DNA of 64,000 bases from a bacterium (GTDB lineage Bacteria; Actinomycetota; Acidimicrobiia; Acidimicrobiales; Bin134): the NCBI GenBank assembly GCA_026705465.1, contig JAPPAP010000013.1:7172-71171 (forward strand). The letters are read 5' to 3'. A program made the position numbers and the translations under genes. Shown here piece after piece: positions 48,591 to 58,025 of the stretch (its first letter is position 1; every line of letters starts with the position of its first letter). The notes under the pieces are model-generated. The model was not told the origin of the DNA and did not search any database. It was given only the letters and a program-made list of their open reading frames with translations.

Positions 48591-49217
48591 ATGATGTGGG
48601 GGACGTTGGTACTCATCGTGGCTTTTGCAGCCGGTGCAGTCCCGTTCTCCTACATGATTGCCCAGTCGCTGGCCAGAACCGACTTGCGCCAAGTGGGAAC
48701 CGGAACGGTCTCGGGAACCAGCCTGTACCGGGTGACCGGATTCATACCGTTGGTGGTAGGAGGCCTGTGCGATGTGGGAAAGGGCGCTCTCGGACCGTTC
48801 TTGGCCGGCGATCGCTGGCTGCTGATGGCGTTCGCGGGCGCGGTGTCAGTGATCGGCCACAACTGGTCGATGTTCCTGAACGGCGCCGGAGGCCGGGGTC
48901 TGTCACCGGCACTGGGGGCATTTGCAGTGATCGCCTGGCCCGCGGCGCTGTTCCTGTTGGGCGGACTGGCTCTCGGACGTATCTTGCGGCACACCGGGTT
49001 GGTGGTGTTCATCACCATGCCGGCGCTGCCTCCGTTCCTTCTGCTGGTGGCTGATGGCAAAGCCGCCATTGCCAGCACCGTGATCGTCGTCCCCATTTTG
49101 ATCAAGCGCGTCTTGGGCAACCAACCGCTGCCTGCTCCCCATCGCTGGAGAGCCGCCGCCCACCGACTGGTATTCGACAACGACAGCTGGGTCTCAGCCA
49201 CCCCGTCTAACCCTTGA
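48591..49217 (+). CDS. PlsY-like glycerol-3-phosphate acyltransferase (divergent motifs)
   Basis: GAVPFS, DLRQVGTG, DVGKG, IGHNWS..GGRG. Confidence 0.75.
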   Translation: MMWGTLVLIVAFAAGAVPFSYMIAQSLARTDLRQVGTGTVSGTSLYRVTGFIPLVVGGLCDVGKGALGPFLAGDRWLLMAFAGAVSVIGHNWSMFLNGAGGRGLSPALGAFAVIAWPAALFLLGGLALGRILRHTGLVVFITMPALPPFLLLVADGKAAIASTVIVVPILIKRVLGNQPLPAPHRWRAAAHRLVFDNDSWVSATPSNP

Positions 49218-49320
49218 TACTTCGCATCCCAGTCGATCCAAGAAAACCTGCTCCATCCCCACTACGCCGGGAATCGCCCTTGATTCTCGTAGCTTCAGCC
49301 GACAATCCCAGTCGAGAACA

Positions 49321-50580
49321 TTGAGCCTTCGCACCAAGGTCGACTTCCGTCGACTCCTCGTCGGACAAGGGGCGTCTGCACTGGGCGACTGGATGGGCAC
49401 CTTTGCCCTCATGGCACTGGTGGACCACCTGAGCGACTCGGCTACCGCGGTGGGTGGCATCCTCGCCTTCCGGCTCATCCCCGCGGCATTGGGAGGAACC
49501 CTGGCCGCCAAACTGGTGAGCCGATGGGACCGCCGGCGAACCATGATCACCATGGATCTGCTGCGCGCCGGGATGATCGCGGTGGTCCCCTTCGTGCAAG
49601 AGCTGTGGTGGGTGTATCTGTGGGCGTTGGCAATGGAGGCCCCCAGCGTGGTGTTTCTGGCCTCTCGCGACTCGGCCATCCCTGATCTCGTGGACGAATC
49701 CGACCTGCCGCTAGCCAATGCCGCCATGATGGGCTCGTCATACGGCAATATCCCGATTGGCGCGGGCCTATTGATCGCGTTCGAGGCTCTGCCACTCGAC
49801 GATGGCTGGCTGGGTTCGCACCCCTACGCCTTGGTCTTTTGGGTTGACGCACTCACGTTCTTCGTTTCCGCCTACTTCATCGCCCGAGCCCTCGGTCTGA
49901 AGGGCCGGGGAGCGCCGGCTGGGGAGGTCTCCGACAGTCCCGCCTTGCCGGACGGCGATATTTCCGTATCCCCCAGCCGGTTACGCGATGCCTGGTCGGT
50001 CCCGCTGGTGCGCAGGGTCTTGCCCGCCACTGCGGCTGCAGCGGTGGGTCTGGGGGCGCTGTTCTCGCTGGGCATCAAGCTGGTGCAGGAGGAGCTGAAG
50101 GCTTCTGATCTCGAGTACTGGGTGCTTATCGTTTTGTTTGGCGCTGGTGCGGGCATCGGAATGGCGCTCACCCACAAGTCCCCGCATGTAGACCTGCTGG
50201 TTCTCACCCGACGGGGCGCGTTGGCTATGGGCGCGCTGGTAGCGCTAATGAGCCAGAGCCCAACGGTATGGCTGACCTTCCTCGGCGCCGTCGGGTTCGG
50301 GGCCGGGGCCACCGTTGCTCTCACGTCGGGGATGAGCGCGCTTCAAGCCCGGATTCCCCTGGAAGAGGAGCGGGTTTTGGCCTTTTCGGCCTTCCACATG
50401 GTGATCCGCATCGGATTGGGCGCTGCCGCATTGGGGGCGGGTGCAATCGGTGACGGGCTTAATGGGGCCGGGCTCCCCGGTACCCGGTCGGTGCTATTTG
50501 CGTCGGGTTTGATTGTGCTGGCCTCGGCCGCCACCGTCCGCCCGATTCTCGACGTCGACGTCAAGAGGGCCCGCGAGTGA
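49321..50580 (+). CDS. MFS transporter
   Basis: About 12 TMs; SRWDRRRTMITMDLLRA motif A variant. Confidence 0.85.
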   Translation: MSLRTKVDFRRLLVGQGASALGDWMGTFALMALVDHLSDSATAVGGILAFRLIPAALGGTLAAKLVSRWDRRRTMITMDLLRAGMIAVVPFVQELWWVYLWALAMEAPSVVFLASRDSAIPDLVDESDLPLANAAMMGSSYGNIPIGAGLLIAFEALPLDDGWLGSHPYALVFWVDALTFFVSAYFIARALGLKGRGAPAGEVSDSPALPDGDISVSPSRLRDAWSVPLVRRVLPATAAAAVGLGALFSLGIKLVQEELKASDLEYWVLIVLFGAGAGIGMALTHKSPHVDLLVLTRRGALAMGALVALMSQSPTVWLTFLGAVGFGAGATVALTSGMSALQARIPLEEERVLAFSAFHMVIRIGLGAAALGAGAIGDGLNGAGLPGTRSVLFASGLIVLASAATVRPILDVDVKRARE

Positions 50581-51398
50581 CGGTAGGCATCGTTACCGAC
50601 AGCACCGCGGCGCTGCCTGAGGAGGTGCGAACCGCCTGGGATATCGCGGTGGTCCCGCTCATGATCACTGTGGACGGCCGAACGGTGGCTGACGGGGAAC
50701 TTGACACTGCGGAGATCCTTGCCGCCAAGACCCATTCGTCTTCGGGCCCGTCGCCGGGGGCCTTTGTTCAAGCAATCGCTGATCAAGACCAGGGTGACGG
50801 TGTCGTGATCGTGACGGTGACATCAACTCTGAGCATCACCAACCAGTCGGCGGTTTTGGCCGCCAAGGGCGCGGCATGTCCGGTCGCGGTGGTGGACAGC
50901 CGCACCGCGGCTGGGGGCCAAGGACTGGTGACGGTGGCCGCGGCCCGTGCCGCCCAAGCCGGCGCGACGCTGGACGAGGTAGTAGCGAAGGCTGAGCAGG
51001 TAGCCGGACAGGTCAAGCTGGTGGGAGCTTTGGCCAACCTCGACCAGCTGATCCGCAGCGGTCGCGTACCGGGTCTGGCCGGCCGGGCCGGGAATCTGAT
51101 CGGGCTGCGCCCCATGTTCGATATCCACGATGCAGTGATACGCAGGCTTCGTCCCGCGCTCAGCGACGAGGCCGCTCACCAGCGCCTCTTGAGCCTCTGG
51201 CGGCGAACCCGACCAGCAGACGATGCCTCGCTTCACTTGGTTTGCCTCCATGCCGAGGTTCCCGATCGGGCTGCCGACCTTCTCGAAGCGGTCACCGCTG
51301 AAGTGCAGCCCGCCGACGCCTTCATCAGCCAATTCGGCCAGGCGATGATGATCAACTCCGGGACTGGGGTCCGCGGCTTGGCCTGGTACTGGGACTAG
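50577..51398 (+). CDS. DegV/FakB family fatty-acid-binding protein
   Basis: IVTDST, VVPL, SSSGPSPG, STLS, VDS, RSGR. Confidence 0.88.
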   Translation: MTVGIVTDSTAALPEEVRTAWDIAVVPLMITVDGRTVADGELDTAEILAAKTHSSSGPSPGAFVQAIADQDQGDGVVIVTVTSTLSITNQSAVLAAKGAACPVAVVDSRTAAGGQGLVTVAAARAAQAGATLDEVVAKAEQVAGQVKLVGALANLDQLIRSGRVPGLAGRAGNLIGLRPMFDIHDAVIRRLRPALSDEAAHQRLLSLWRRTRPADDASLHLVCLHAEVPDRAADLLEAVTAEVQPADAFISQFGQAMMINSGTGVRGLAWYWD

Positions 51399-51814
51399 AG
51401 AGTCTCAGGAGCGGGGGCCCAACCGCCCAAGTCGGGCATCATCTGGCGGGACACGTAGCGCCACCGCCCGTTTTCTTTGCGTAGCTGGTCGCGGTATACC
51501 CCGGTGATGGCCAGCTCTCGAGGCTGGCCGGGAGGAGCGGTGTAATACACCTCCAAGTACACCGCAGCCACCGCTTCGTCGCCGTCCCCATCGATGGACA
51601 GGTTGCTGATCACATGGCGGGTGGCCGGGTTGATCGACGCCGCGAACGCGGCCAGATCCTTGTGGCCCTTCACTCCCTCGGGCATGCCGAATTCCAGCGT
51701 GCCGTCGGGCACGAACAACTGGGCCCACGCCTCGGCCGAGCCGCTGTCGATCAAGTGGTTGTAGTCGGCGGCCAGCTTCTGGATGGCCAGGATGTCTTCA
51801 ACGGGAAGTGCCAT
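51395..51814 (-). CDS. SnoaL-like/NTF2 family protein
   Basis: DYNHLID, LFVPDG, TRHVISN, GVYRD..WR. Confidence 0.82.
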   Translation of the reverse strand: MALPVEDILAIQKLAADYNHLIDSGSAEAWAQLFVPDGTLEFGMPEGVKGHKDLAAFAASINPATRHVISNLSIDGDGDEAVAAVYLEVYYTAPPGQPRELAITGVYRDQLRKENGRWRYVSRQMMPDLGGWAPAPETL

Positions 51815-51861
51815 GGCCCCATCTTGGCAAGAACATTCGCGTCCTGCGAATGACGACGATT

Positions 51862-52803
51862 TCAGCTCTTGGCGTACACCTCAGCCGCACCCTCTCCTGA
51901 GGGAGTGCGGGTGAGGATCTCGGCGGCGGCGTCGAGGCACAGCAGAGTGTGCTCGAACTGGGCGCTACGGCGCTGGTCGGCGGTCACCGCCGTCCACTGG
52001 TCGTCCCACAAATACAGATTGGGGGAACCCAGGGTGAGCATGGGCTCGATGGTGAAGCTCATGCCGGTTTCCAGCGGCGTGGAGTGATTCCGGTCGTAGT
52101 AATGGGGGATCTGCAGGCCGGCGTGGAATTCGGTGCCCACCCCGTGGCCGATGAACTCCCGCACCACCCCTAGCCGGTGAAGCCGGGCATGGGACTCGAT
52201 CGCTTTCCCGATGGCGCTGACCGGCGCACCAGCTCGGACTGCGCCGATGCCCTGGTACATAGCGGTCCGGGTCTCTCGCACCAGCAGCCGGGAGTAGTCG
52301 TCCACTTCGCCTACCTCGAAGGTGACCGACGTGTCTCCGTGAACCCCGTCGAGAAACACGGTGACATCGATGTTGACGATGTCGCCGTCGGCCAGCGCCC
52401 GGCTGTCGGGGATGCCGTGGCAGATGACCTCATTGATCGAGGTACACACCGACTTGGGATAGCCCCGGTAGTTGAGCGGGCTGGGATAGGCCCCCCGGCG
52501 CACGATCTCCTCGTGGACTTGGGCGTCGATGCTGTCGGTGGTCACCCCGGGAACCACCAATTTTCCGGCGAACAGCAGCACTTCCGCGGCCATCTGCCCC
52601 GCTCGGCGCATGGCCTCGATCTCGGAGGAATTGCGTACCGCAGAAGATCTCGGGTGACCGGGCTCCCCCGACCGGGCATAAGGGGGACGCTCGATGTGAC
52701 TGGGCACCCGGCGGCGGGGACCGATGAGCCCCGGTCTCACTGGCGGGTCTGAAACCGGCACCCGCTCCAAAGTCGCCACTCGCGACCGCTTGCGCTTGGC
52801 CAT
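51862..52803 (-). CDS. map: Methionine aminopeptidase type I
   Basis: CTSINEVICHGIP, DVT..HGD, GHGVG..FH, TIEPM, AQFEHT. Confidence 0.96.
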   Translation of the reverse strand: MAKRKRSRVATLERVPVSDPPVRPGLIGPRRRVPSHIERPPYARSGEPGHPRSSAVRNSSEIEAMRRAGQMAAEVLLFAGKLVVPGVTTDSIDAQVHEEIVRRGAYPSPLNYRGYPKSVCTSINEVICHGIPDSRALADGDIVNIDVTVFLDGVHGDTSVTFEVGEVDDYSRLLVRETRTAMYQGIGAVRAGAPVSAIGKAIESHARLHRLGVVREFIGHGVGTEFHAGLQIPHYYDRNHSTPLETGMSFTIEPMLTLGSPNLYLWDDQWTAVTADQRRSAQFEHTLLCLDAAAEILTRTPSGEGAAEVYAKS

Positions 52804-52840
52804 CGCCGACTAACTCTACCGTTCAGGGCCGCAGTCGGTC

Positions 52841-53299
52841 TCAGCGCATGTAGCGGGTGAGGCTCTCCACCACGCAGGCCGGTTTGGGGCTGTCCTCCAC
52901 TTCCACGGTGATGGTGATCACGGCTTGGACACCGCCGGTGATCTCCTCCACCGAGCTGAGTTCAGCGCCCACCCTGATGCGCGACCCCACCGGGACAGGG
53001 GCGGGGAACCGAATCTTGTTGACCCCGTAGTTGATGCCCATGGAGATCTGCTCCACGGTGATCAGGCCGGGCAGGAACATGTTGGTCAGCGACAGGGTGA
53101 GATAGCCGTGGGCAATGGTGGCCCCATAGGGGCTCTCGGCGGCGGCCCGCTCGGGGTCGATATGGATCCATTGGTGGTCGCCGGTGGCGTCGGCGAACTG
53201 GTTCACCCGCTCCTGGGTGATCTCCATCCAGTCGCTCCACCCCAAGTGCTGGCCAACAGCGGCAGGCAGATCATCGACAGTGGCAAAAACGGTTCCCAT
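52841..53299 (-). CDS. MaoC family dehydratase
   Basis: FADATGDHQWIH, TIAHGYLTL, NYGVNK. Confidence 0.92.
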   Translation of the reverse strand: MGTVFATVDDLPAAVGQHLGWSDWMEITQERVNQFADATGDHQWIHIDPERAAAESPYGATIAHGYLTLSLTNMFLPGLITVEQISMGINYGVNKIRFPAPVPVGSRIRVGAELSSVEEITGGVQAVITITVEVEDSPKPACVVESLTRYMR

Positions 53300-53309
53300 A
53301 GACGGGAAG

Positions 53310-54083
53310 TTAGTGGCCCTGGCGGCCCGACCACGATGGGGAGCGCTTGGTCAAGAAGGCGTCGATGCCCTCTTGGGCATCGACGGTTCCCGCATTGGCC
53401 GCCATCACCTCCCGAGTCAGGTCGTAGGCCTCGGGCTCGCCGCAGTCGAGTTGGCGGTAGAACGCCTGTTTGCCGATGGCGATTGTGTCGTCGCTGTACC
53501 GGGTGATCTGGGCCGCCAGTTCATTTGTGGCCTCCCGCAGCTGGTCGGGGGGCACTACTCGGTTCACCAGGCCCCACTCGGCCGCGGTGGCTGCGTCGAT
53601 GGGCTCACCGGTGAGCAGCATCTCCATGGCCCGCTTGCGGCCCACGGCCCGGGAGATGGGCACCATGGGGGTTGAGCAGAACAGGCCAATACGCACGCCG
53701 GGCGTGGCGAAGGTGGCTTCGGTGGAGGCCACCGCCAGATCGCAGGCCGCCACCAGCTGGCAGCCTGCCGCAGTGGCCACTCCCGCCACCTCTGCGATCA
53801 CCGGCTGGGGCACGGCATGGATGGCGTCCATCAGCTCGGTGCACGCTTCAAACAGGTCGTCGTAGAATTGAGCGTCCCGGTCAACCATCTCAGACAGGTC
53901 GTGGCCGGCAGAAAATGCCGGCCCCTCCCCCGCCACCACGATCACCCCGATGTCGGTCTTGTCGCCCAACTCGTGCAGCGCTTCGGTAAGGCGTTGCATC
54001 AGCTCCAGGCTCAAGGCGTTGCGCCGCTGCGGGTTGGCCAAGGTGAGCCGGGCTAACGGCCCCTCAATCTCGATGCTGAACAC
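53310..54083 (-). CDS. Enoyl-CoA hydratase (ECHDC3-like)
   Basis: FSAGHDL, ATAAGCQLVAACD, TPGVRIGLFCSTP. Confidence 0.9.
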   Translation of the reverse strand: MFSIEIEGPLARLTLANPQRRNALSLELMQRLTEALHELGDKTDIGVIVVAGEGPAFSAGHDLSEMVDRDAQFYDDLFEACTELMDAIHAVPQPVIAEVAGVATAAGCQLVAACDLAVASTEATFATPGVRIGLFCSTPMVPISRAVGRKRAMEMLLTGEPIDAATAAEWGLVNRVVPPDQLREATNELAAQITRYSDDTIAIGKQAFYRQLDCGEPEAYDLTREVMAANAGTVDAQEGIDAFLTKRSPSWSGRQGH

Positions 54084-54124
54084 GTAACTGAGAATACCCG
54101 CCCGCGGTGTGCTACCCATTGGGC

Positions 54125-55027
54125 ATGGCCGCAGGAGGTGGGACCAAAGCCGTATTGGCTGCACTCTTCGCCAACTTGGCCATCGCCATCGCCAAATTCG
54201 TGGGCTTTGCTGTCACCCGATCGGCGTCCATGCTGGCCGAAGGGGTCCACTCCTGCGCCGACACCGGCAACCAGGCCCTGCTGTTGTTGGGCGGCCGCCT
54301 GGCCAAGCGGGATCCCACCCCCCGACACCCGTTCGGCTACGGCCGAGAGCGCTATTTCTGGTCGTTCGTGGTGTCGATCATCCTGTTCACCCTGGGCGCG
54401 CTGTTCGCCATCAACGAGGGCATCGAGAAGCTGCGCCACCCCCACAAGCTGGAGTCGCTGTGGGTGGCCATCGGCATCCTGATCTTCGGCATCGTGGTCG
54501 AGTCACTGTCGTTCCGCACCGCCATCGTGGAGTCCAACAAGGTGCGGGGCAAGCTCTCGTGGGGCACGTTCATCCGCCGCTCCCGCACCCCGGAGCTGCC
54601 GGTGGTGCTGTTGGAAGACCTCGGGGCCATGATCGGCTTGGTGTTCGCGTTGATCGCCGTGGTGCTCGCCGAAGTCACTGGCGAGCCCCGCTGGGACGGA
54701 GCGGGCACCCTGGTGATCGGCGTGCTGTTGGGGATCATCGCCATCGTGTTGGCCATCGAGATGAAGAGCCTGCTGATCGGCGAGAGCGCCACCGAAGAAG
54801 ATCGGGCTCGTCTGCGGGCGGTGTTGGATGATTCAGCCGAAATCGACCGGGTGGTCGACCTGCGCACCCAGCACCTCGGCCCTGAGGAGCTGCTGGTAGC
54901 TGCCGAAGTGGACTTCGCCGACCACTTATCGAGCGACCAGATGCCCGCAGCCATCGCCGCGGTGGAGGCTCGTTTGCGCGCCGCCGTCCCCGCCGCCACC
55001 AACGTCTACTTGGAGCCTTCCCGCTAG
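54125..55027 (+). CDS. Cation diffusion facilitator transporter
   Basis: HSCAD, HPFGYGRE, LLED, YLEP. Confidence 0.9.
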   Translation: MAAGGGTKAVLAALFANLAIAIAKFVGFAVTRSASMLAEGVHSCADTGNQALLLLGGRLAKRDPTPRHPFGYGRERYFWSFVVSIILFTLGALFAINEGIEKLRHPHKLESLWVAIGILIFGIVVESLSFRTAIVESNKVRGKLSWGTFIRRSRTPELPVVLLEDLGAMIGLVFALIAVVLAEVTGEPRWDGAGTLVIGVLLGIIAIVLAIEMKSLLIGESATEEDRARLRAVLDDSAEIDRVVDLRTQHLGPEELLVAAEVDFADHLSSDQMPAAIAAVEARLRAAVPAATNVYLEPSR

Positions 55028-55450
55028 CTAGGCGACTGGCTCGAAGTAGGGCAGGGTGATCTCTTCGCTCAGCTCCACAAAGGTGGTCTTGACCCGCATG
55101 CCCACGTGGACGGCGTCGACGGGGCAGTTGATAAGGTTGGCCAGCAGCCAAAACCCCTCGTCAAGCGTCACGATCACGGCCACATAGGGCACAGTGAACG
55201 CCGGGGTTTGGGGGCGCCACACCGTGGTCCAGGAGTACACCTCGCCCTGCCCGGTGCTGACTTCCCAGTCGAGGTTGGTCGAAAAGCAGGCCGAGCAGGC
55301 CGGCGCCGGGTCCATGGTGATGGCCCCGCAATCCCGGCACCGCTGATAGCGCAGCTCGCCGACCTTGCAGCCATCCCAATAGGGCTGGGAGTACAGGGTG
55401 GGCACCGGCAGGGGAATTCCCGGCGACTGGGGTTGCAGCAACTCGGTCAT
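55028..55450 (-). CDS. DUF35 Zn-ribbon/OB-fold protein (thiolase partner)
   Basis: QRCRDC..CSAC, GEVYSWT, TLDEG; start ATG 55450 overlaps the thiolase stop. Confidence 0.88.
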   Translation of the reverse strand: MTELLQPQSPGIPLPVPTLYSQPYWDGCKVGELRYQRCRDCGAITMDPAPACSACFSTNLDWEVSTGQGEVYSWTTVWRPQTPAFTVPYVAVIVTLDEGFWLLANLINCPVDAVHVGMRVKTTFVELSEEITLPYFEPVA

Positions 55451-56613
55451 GGGGTATCCGTTCCCAACAGCATCACGTCGGTGAACAGGGCACCGGCCCC
55501 GCCGTTGGAGCACATGGCCACCTGGGCGTCGGGCACTTGGGATGTCACGCAGGTGCCCCGGAGCTGTTCCACCCCCCGGATGACCCTCTGGAGCTGCTGC
55601 ACCGCGGCCCCACCGTGGCTGAACGACATGGTGCCCCCGTCGGTGGTCACCGGGTACTGGCCGCCGGGGCCGATACGGCCGTCCATGATGAATTCGCCGC
55701 CCTCGCCTTCCTCGCAGAAGCCGTAGGCCTCGAACTGGCGGATGATCTCGAACGAAAACGGGTCGTAGAACTCGCACACGTCCACGTCGGTGGGGCCGAG
55801 CTCGGCCATGGCGAACGACTTCTGGGCCGCCCACCGGCCGGTGTAGCCGTTGTTCTGGCCGTCAGGGCCGGCCAAATCCCACGCCGGAGGATGTTGGTAG
55901 GAAGGGCCGAAGCTGTCACAAGCCCCGCCCAGGATGTACACCGGTTTGGTGGGCAGGTCTTGGGCCCGCTCCCGGGTGGTGAGGATCAACGCGCACGCCC
56001 CCTCCGAGGTCATGGCGCAATCCAGCAGGTGGAACGGATCGGCCACCATGCGCGACGCCAGGATGTCGTCGGGAGTGAACGGCCCCCGCCCGTGGTACAC
56101 CGCCTCGGGGTGGGCGTGACCGTTGTTGCGGATGGTGGCGGCCACTGTGGCCAATTGCTCAGGGGTGGTGCCGTGCATGTGCATGTGGCGCTGGGCAATG
56201 AGTGCGAACTCGGCGGCGGTGAACATGCCATAGGCCACCACGAACTCGTGGGCTGGCCGGGTCCACGGTGCGGTGGAGGCCCGCTCGGTGTAGACGCCGG
56301 CCGATCCGTGGGCTACCAACACGGTGTGGCATTGGCCGGTGGCTATCGCGGAGGCCGCGTCCAAGATGGTGGGGATGGATGGGGCCATGTAGTGCCGCCA
56401 CGACGGGCCGTTGCGCATGTAGTAGGTGAGCGGGCCGCTGAAGGGGCCGGCGGCGACGCCGTCGATGTCTGATGGGCTCAGGCCAGTGTCGGCTAGTACC
56501 CGGTGGACGGCTTGGAAGGTGATCGTGGTGGAATCGTGGCCCTCGAGAATACGGGCCTGTTCGGAGTTGGCGATGCCGACGATGGCGACATCATGGAACG
56601 GGTGCTTAGCCAC
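55447..56613 (-). CDS. SCP2-type thiolase-fold protein
   Basis: LLDCAMTSEG, EFYDPF, TDGG..SH, QLRG. Confidence 0.88.
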   Translation of the reverse strand: MAKHPFHDVAIVGIANSEQARILEGHDSTTITFQAVHRVLADTGLSPSDIDGVAAGPFSGPLTYYMRNGPSWRHYMAPSIPTILDAASAIATGQCHTVLVAHGSAGVYTERASTAPWTRPAHEFVVAYGMFTAAEFALIAQRHMHMHGTTPEQLATVAATIRNNGHAHPEAVYHGRGPFTPDDILASRMVADPFHLLDCAMTSEGACALILTTRERAQDLPTKPVYILGGACDSFGPSYQHPPAWDLAGPDGQNNGYTGRWAAQKSFAMAELGPTDVDVCEFYDPFSFEIIRQFEAYGFCEEGEGGEFIMDGRIGPGGQYPVTTDGGTMSFSHGGAAVQQLQRVIRGVEQLRGTCVTSQVPDAQVAMCSNGGAGALFTDVMLLGTDTP

Positions 56614-56676
56614 GGCCTAAATGTCTAGTCGCGGCGGGGATGGGTTGCGACTTGGGGAAATGGTAAGCAAGAAGAC

Positions 56677-57894
56677 ATGAAGCCTCTAGAGGGAGTGCGG
56701 GTTGTTGATTTGACCAGGGTGGTTTCGGGGCCGGTTTGCACGTGGTTCTTGGCTTCGCTGGGGGCGGAGGTCATTCGGGTAGACCCGCCGGGCGGGGATG
56801 TGACGTGGCGCATTCCACCGTGGGTCGGACCGGAGGGTGAGCAGTCGGAAGTCATGGGTCCCGATGACATTGGTATCAGTTACCTGCGAAAAGGCCGGGG
56901 GAAGCGCAGCGTGGTACTCGACCTCAACCACGCCGAAGGAGTGGATGCCTTCCGGCGGCTGGCCGCCAACGTCGACGTGCTGGTGGACAACTTTCGGCCT
57001 GGTGTCATGGCCTCGTTGGGGCTTGACTATGAAACGCTGGCCGAGCTGAACCCCCGGCTGATCCACGCCTCCATCACTGGGTACGGCCCCGATGGGCCTG
57101 ATGCTGATCTTGCCTCCATGGATCTCATCATCCAGGGCCGCTCGGGACTCATGGCCAAGTCGGGCTTCCCCGACGGCCCGCCCACCAAGGCCGGCGCCAC
57201 TATCGGAGATCAGTTCCCCGCCGCACTCTGCGCCCTCGGGGTTGTGGCTGCACTGCGCCAGCGGGATATCGACGGCAAAGGGCAATACATCGATGTGGCC
57301 ATGCTCGACAGCCTGGTCACCATGCTCTGGGACGAGCCTCTGGACCTCTACCGCGAGCGAGGCCTGCCCGACCGCATCGGCAACGGCGATCCCAGGGGCA
57401 TCTTGGACACTTTTGAATCTCAGGACGGCTGGGTGACCCTGGTCATTACCTCCGACGCTCAATTCAAACGTCTCACTGAGGATATGGGCCGCCCCGACCT
57501 ATGGGAGCTGGGTCCCAACATCCCGGTTCGAGCAGCCAATCGGGCCGAGATCTGCGAGTCGGTCGCCGCGTGGATGGCGCAGCAGACCACCGAGGAACTG
57601 GTAGCCCGACTGCACGACATCCGGGTGCCCGCCGGAGCGGTGAGCTCCGCCTACGCCGCCGCCGAAGACGCTCAGATCCAGCACCGCCAGGCACTGGTGC
57701 CCCTCCACCACCCCCATGCCGCCGAGCCCTCCAGCTGGCTCGGCCCCGCCTTTCCCGTCAAGTTCTCCCGCTCCGAAACGGACCAAACCCCCGCCGAAAC
57801 CCTGGGCACCAGCACCCACGACGTACTCAAAGAAATCGCTGGATTCTCGGAGGCGGAAATAGACCGCCTTAGAGACGCCGGGGTCTTCGGCTAG
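56677..57894 (+). CDS. CoA-transferase family III (CaiB/BaiF)
   Basis: PLEGVRVVDL, GKRSVVLDL, DNFRPG, SITGYG, catalytic D in ASMDL. Confidence 0.92.
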   Translation: MKPLEGVRVVDLTRVVSGPVCTWFLASLGAEVIRVDPPGGDVTWRIPPWVGPEGEQSEVMGPDDIGISYLRKGRGKRSVVLDLNHAEGVDAFRRLAANVDVLVDNFRPGVMASLGLDYETLAELNPRLIHASITGYGPDGPDADLASMDLIIQGRSGLMAKSGFPDGPPTKAGATIGDQFPAALCALGVVAALRQRDIDGKGQYIDVAMLDSLVTMLWDEPLDLYRERGLPDRIGNGDPRGILDTFESQDGWVTLVITSDAQFKRLTEDMGRPDLWELGPNIPVRAANRAEICESVAAWMAQQTTEELVARLHDIRVPAGAVSSAYAAAEDAQIQHRQALVPLHHPHAAEPSSWLGPAFPVKFSRSETDQTPAETLGTSTHDVLKEIAGFSEAEIDRLRDAGVFG

Positions 57895-57986
57895 GCGTAG
57901 TGGGGGGTGGCCCGGCTCAGGGCGCCCGCCGCCCGGACTCCATGGAGGACGGCGGGCTGGGCCGGGACAGGACCCGCCGCTACGCC
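57894..57986 (+). other. About 93-nt irregular stem-loop in intergenic region
   Basis: Three stacked stems: 57894-908/57972-986, 57911-920/57957-966, 57925-931/57950-956. Confidence 0.65.
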
Positions 57987-58025
57987 GGGTGGAGTAACTG
58001 CTGGTAGCTCTGTAAGGCTGGCGGG

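Noticed and set aside
57894-57986. SRP RNA or tRNA-Sec identity for the hairpin
   Set aside because: No SRP domain IV motif and no cloverleaf with a UCA anticodon
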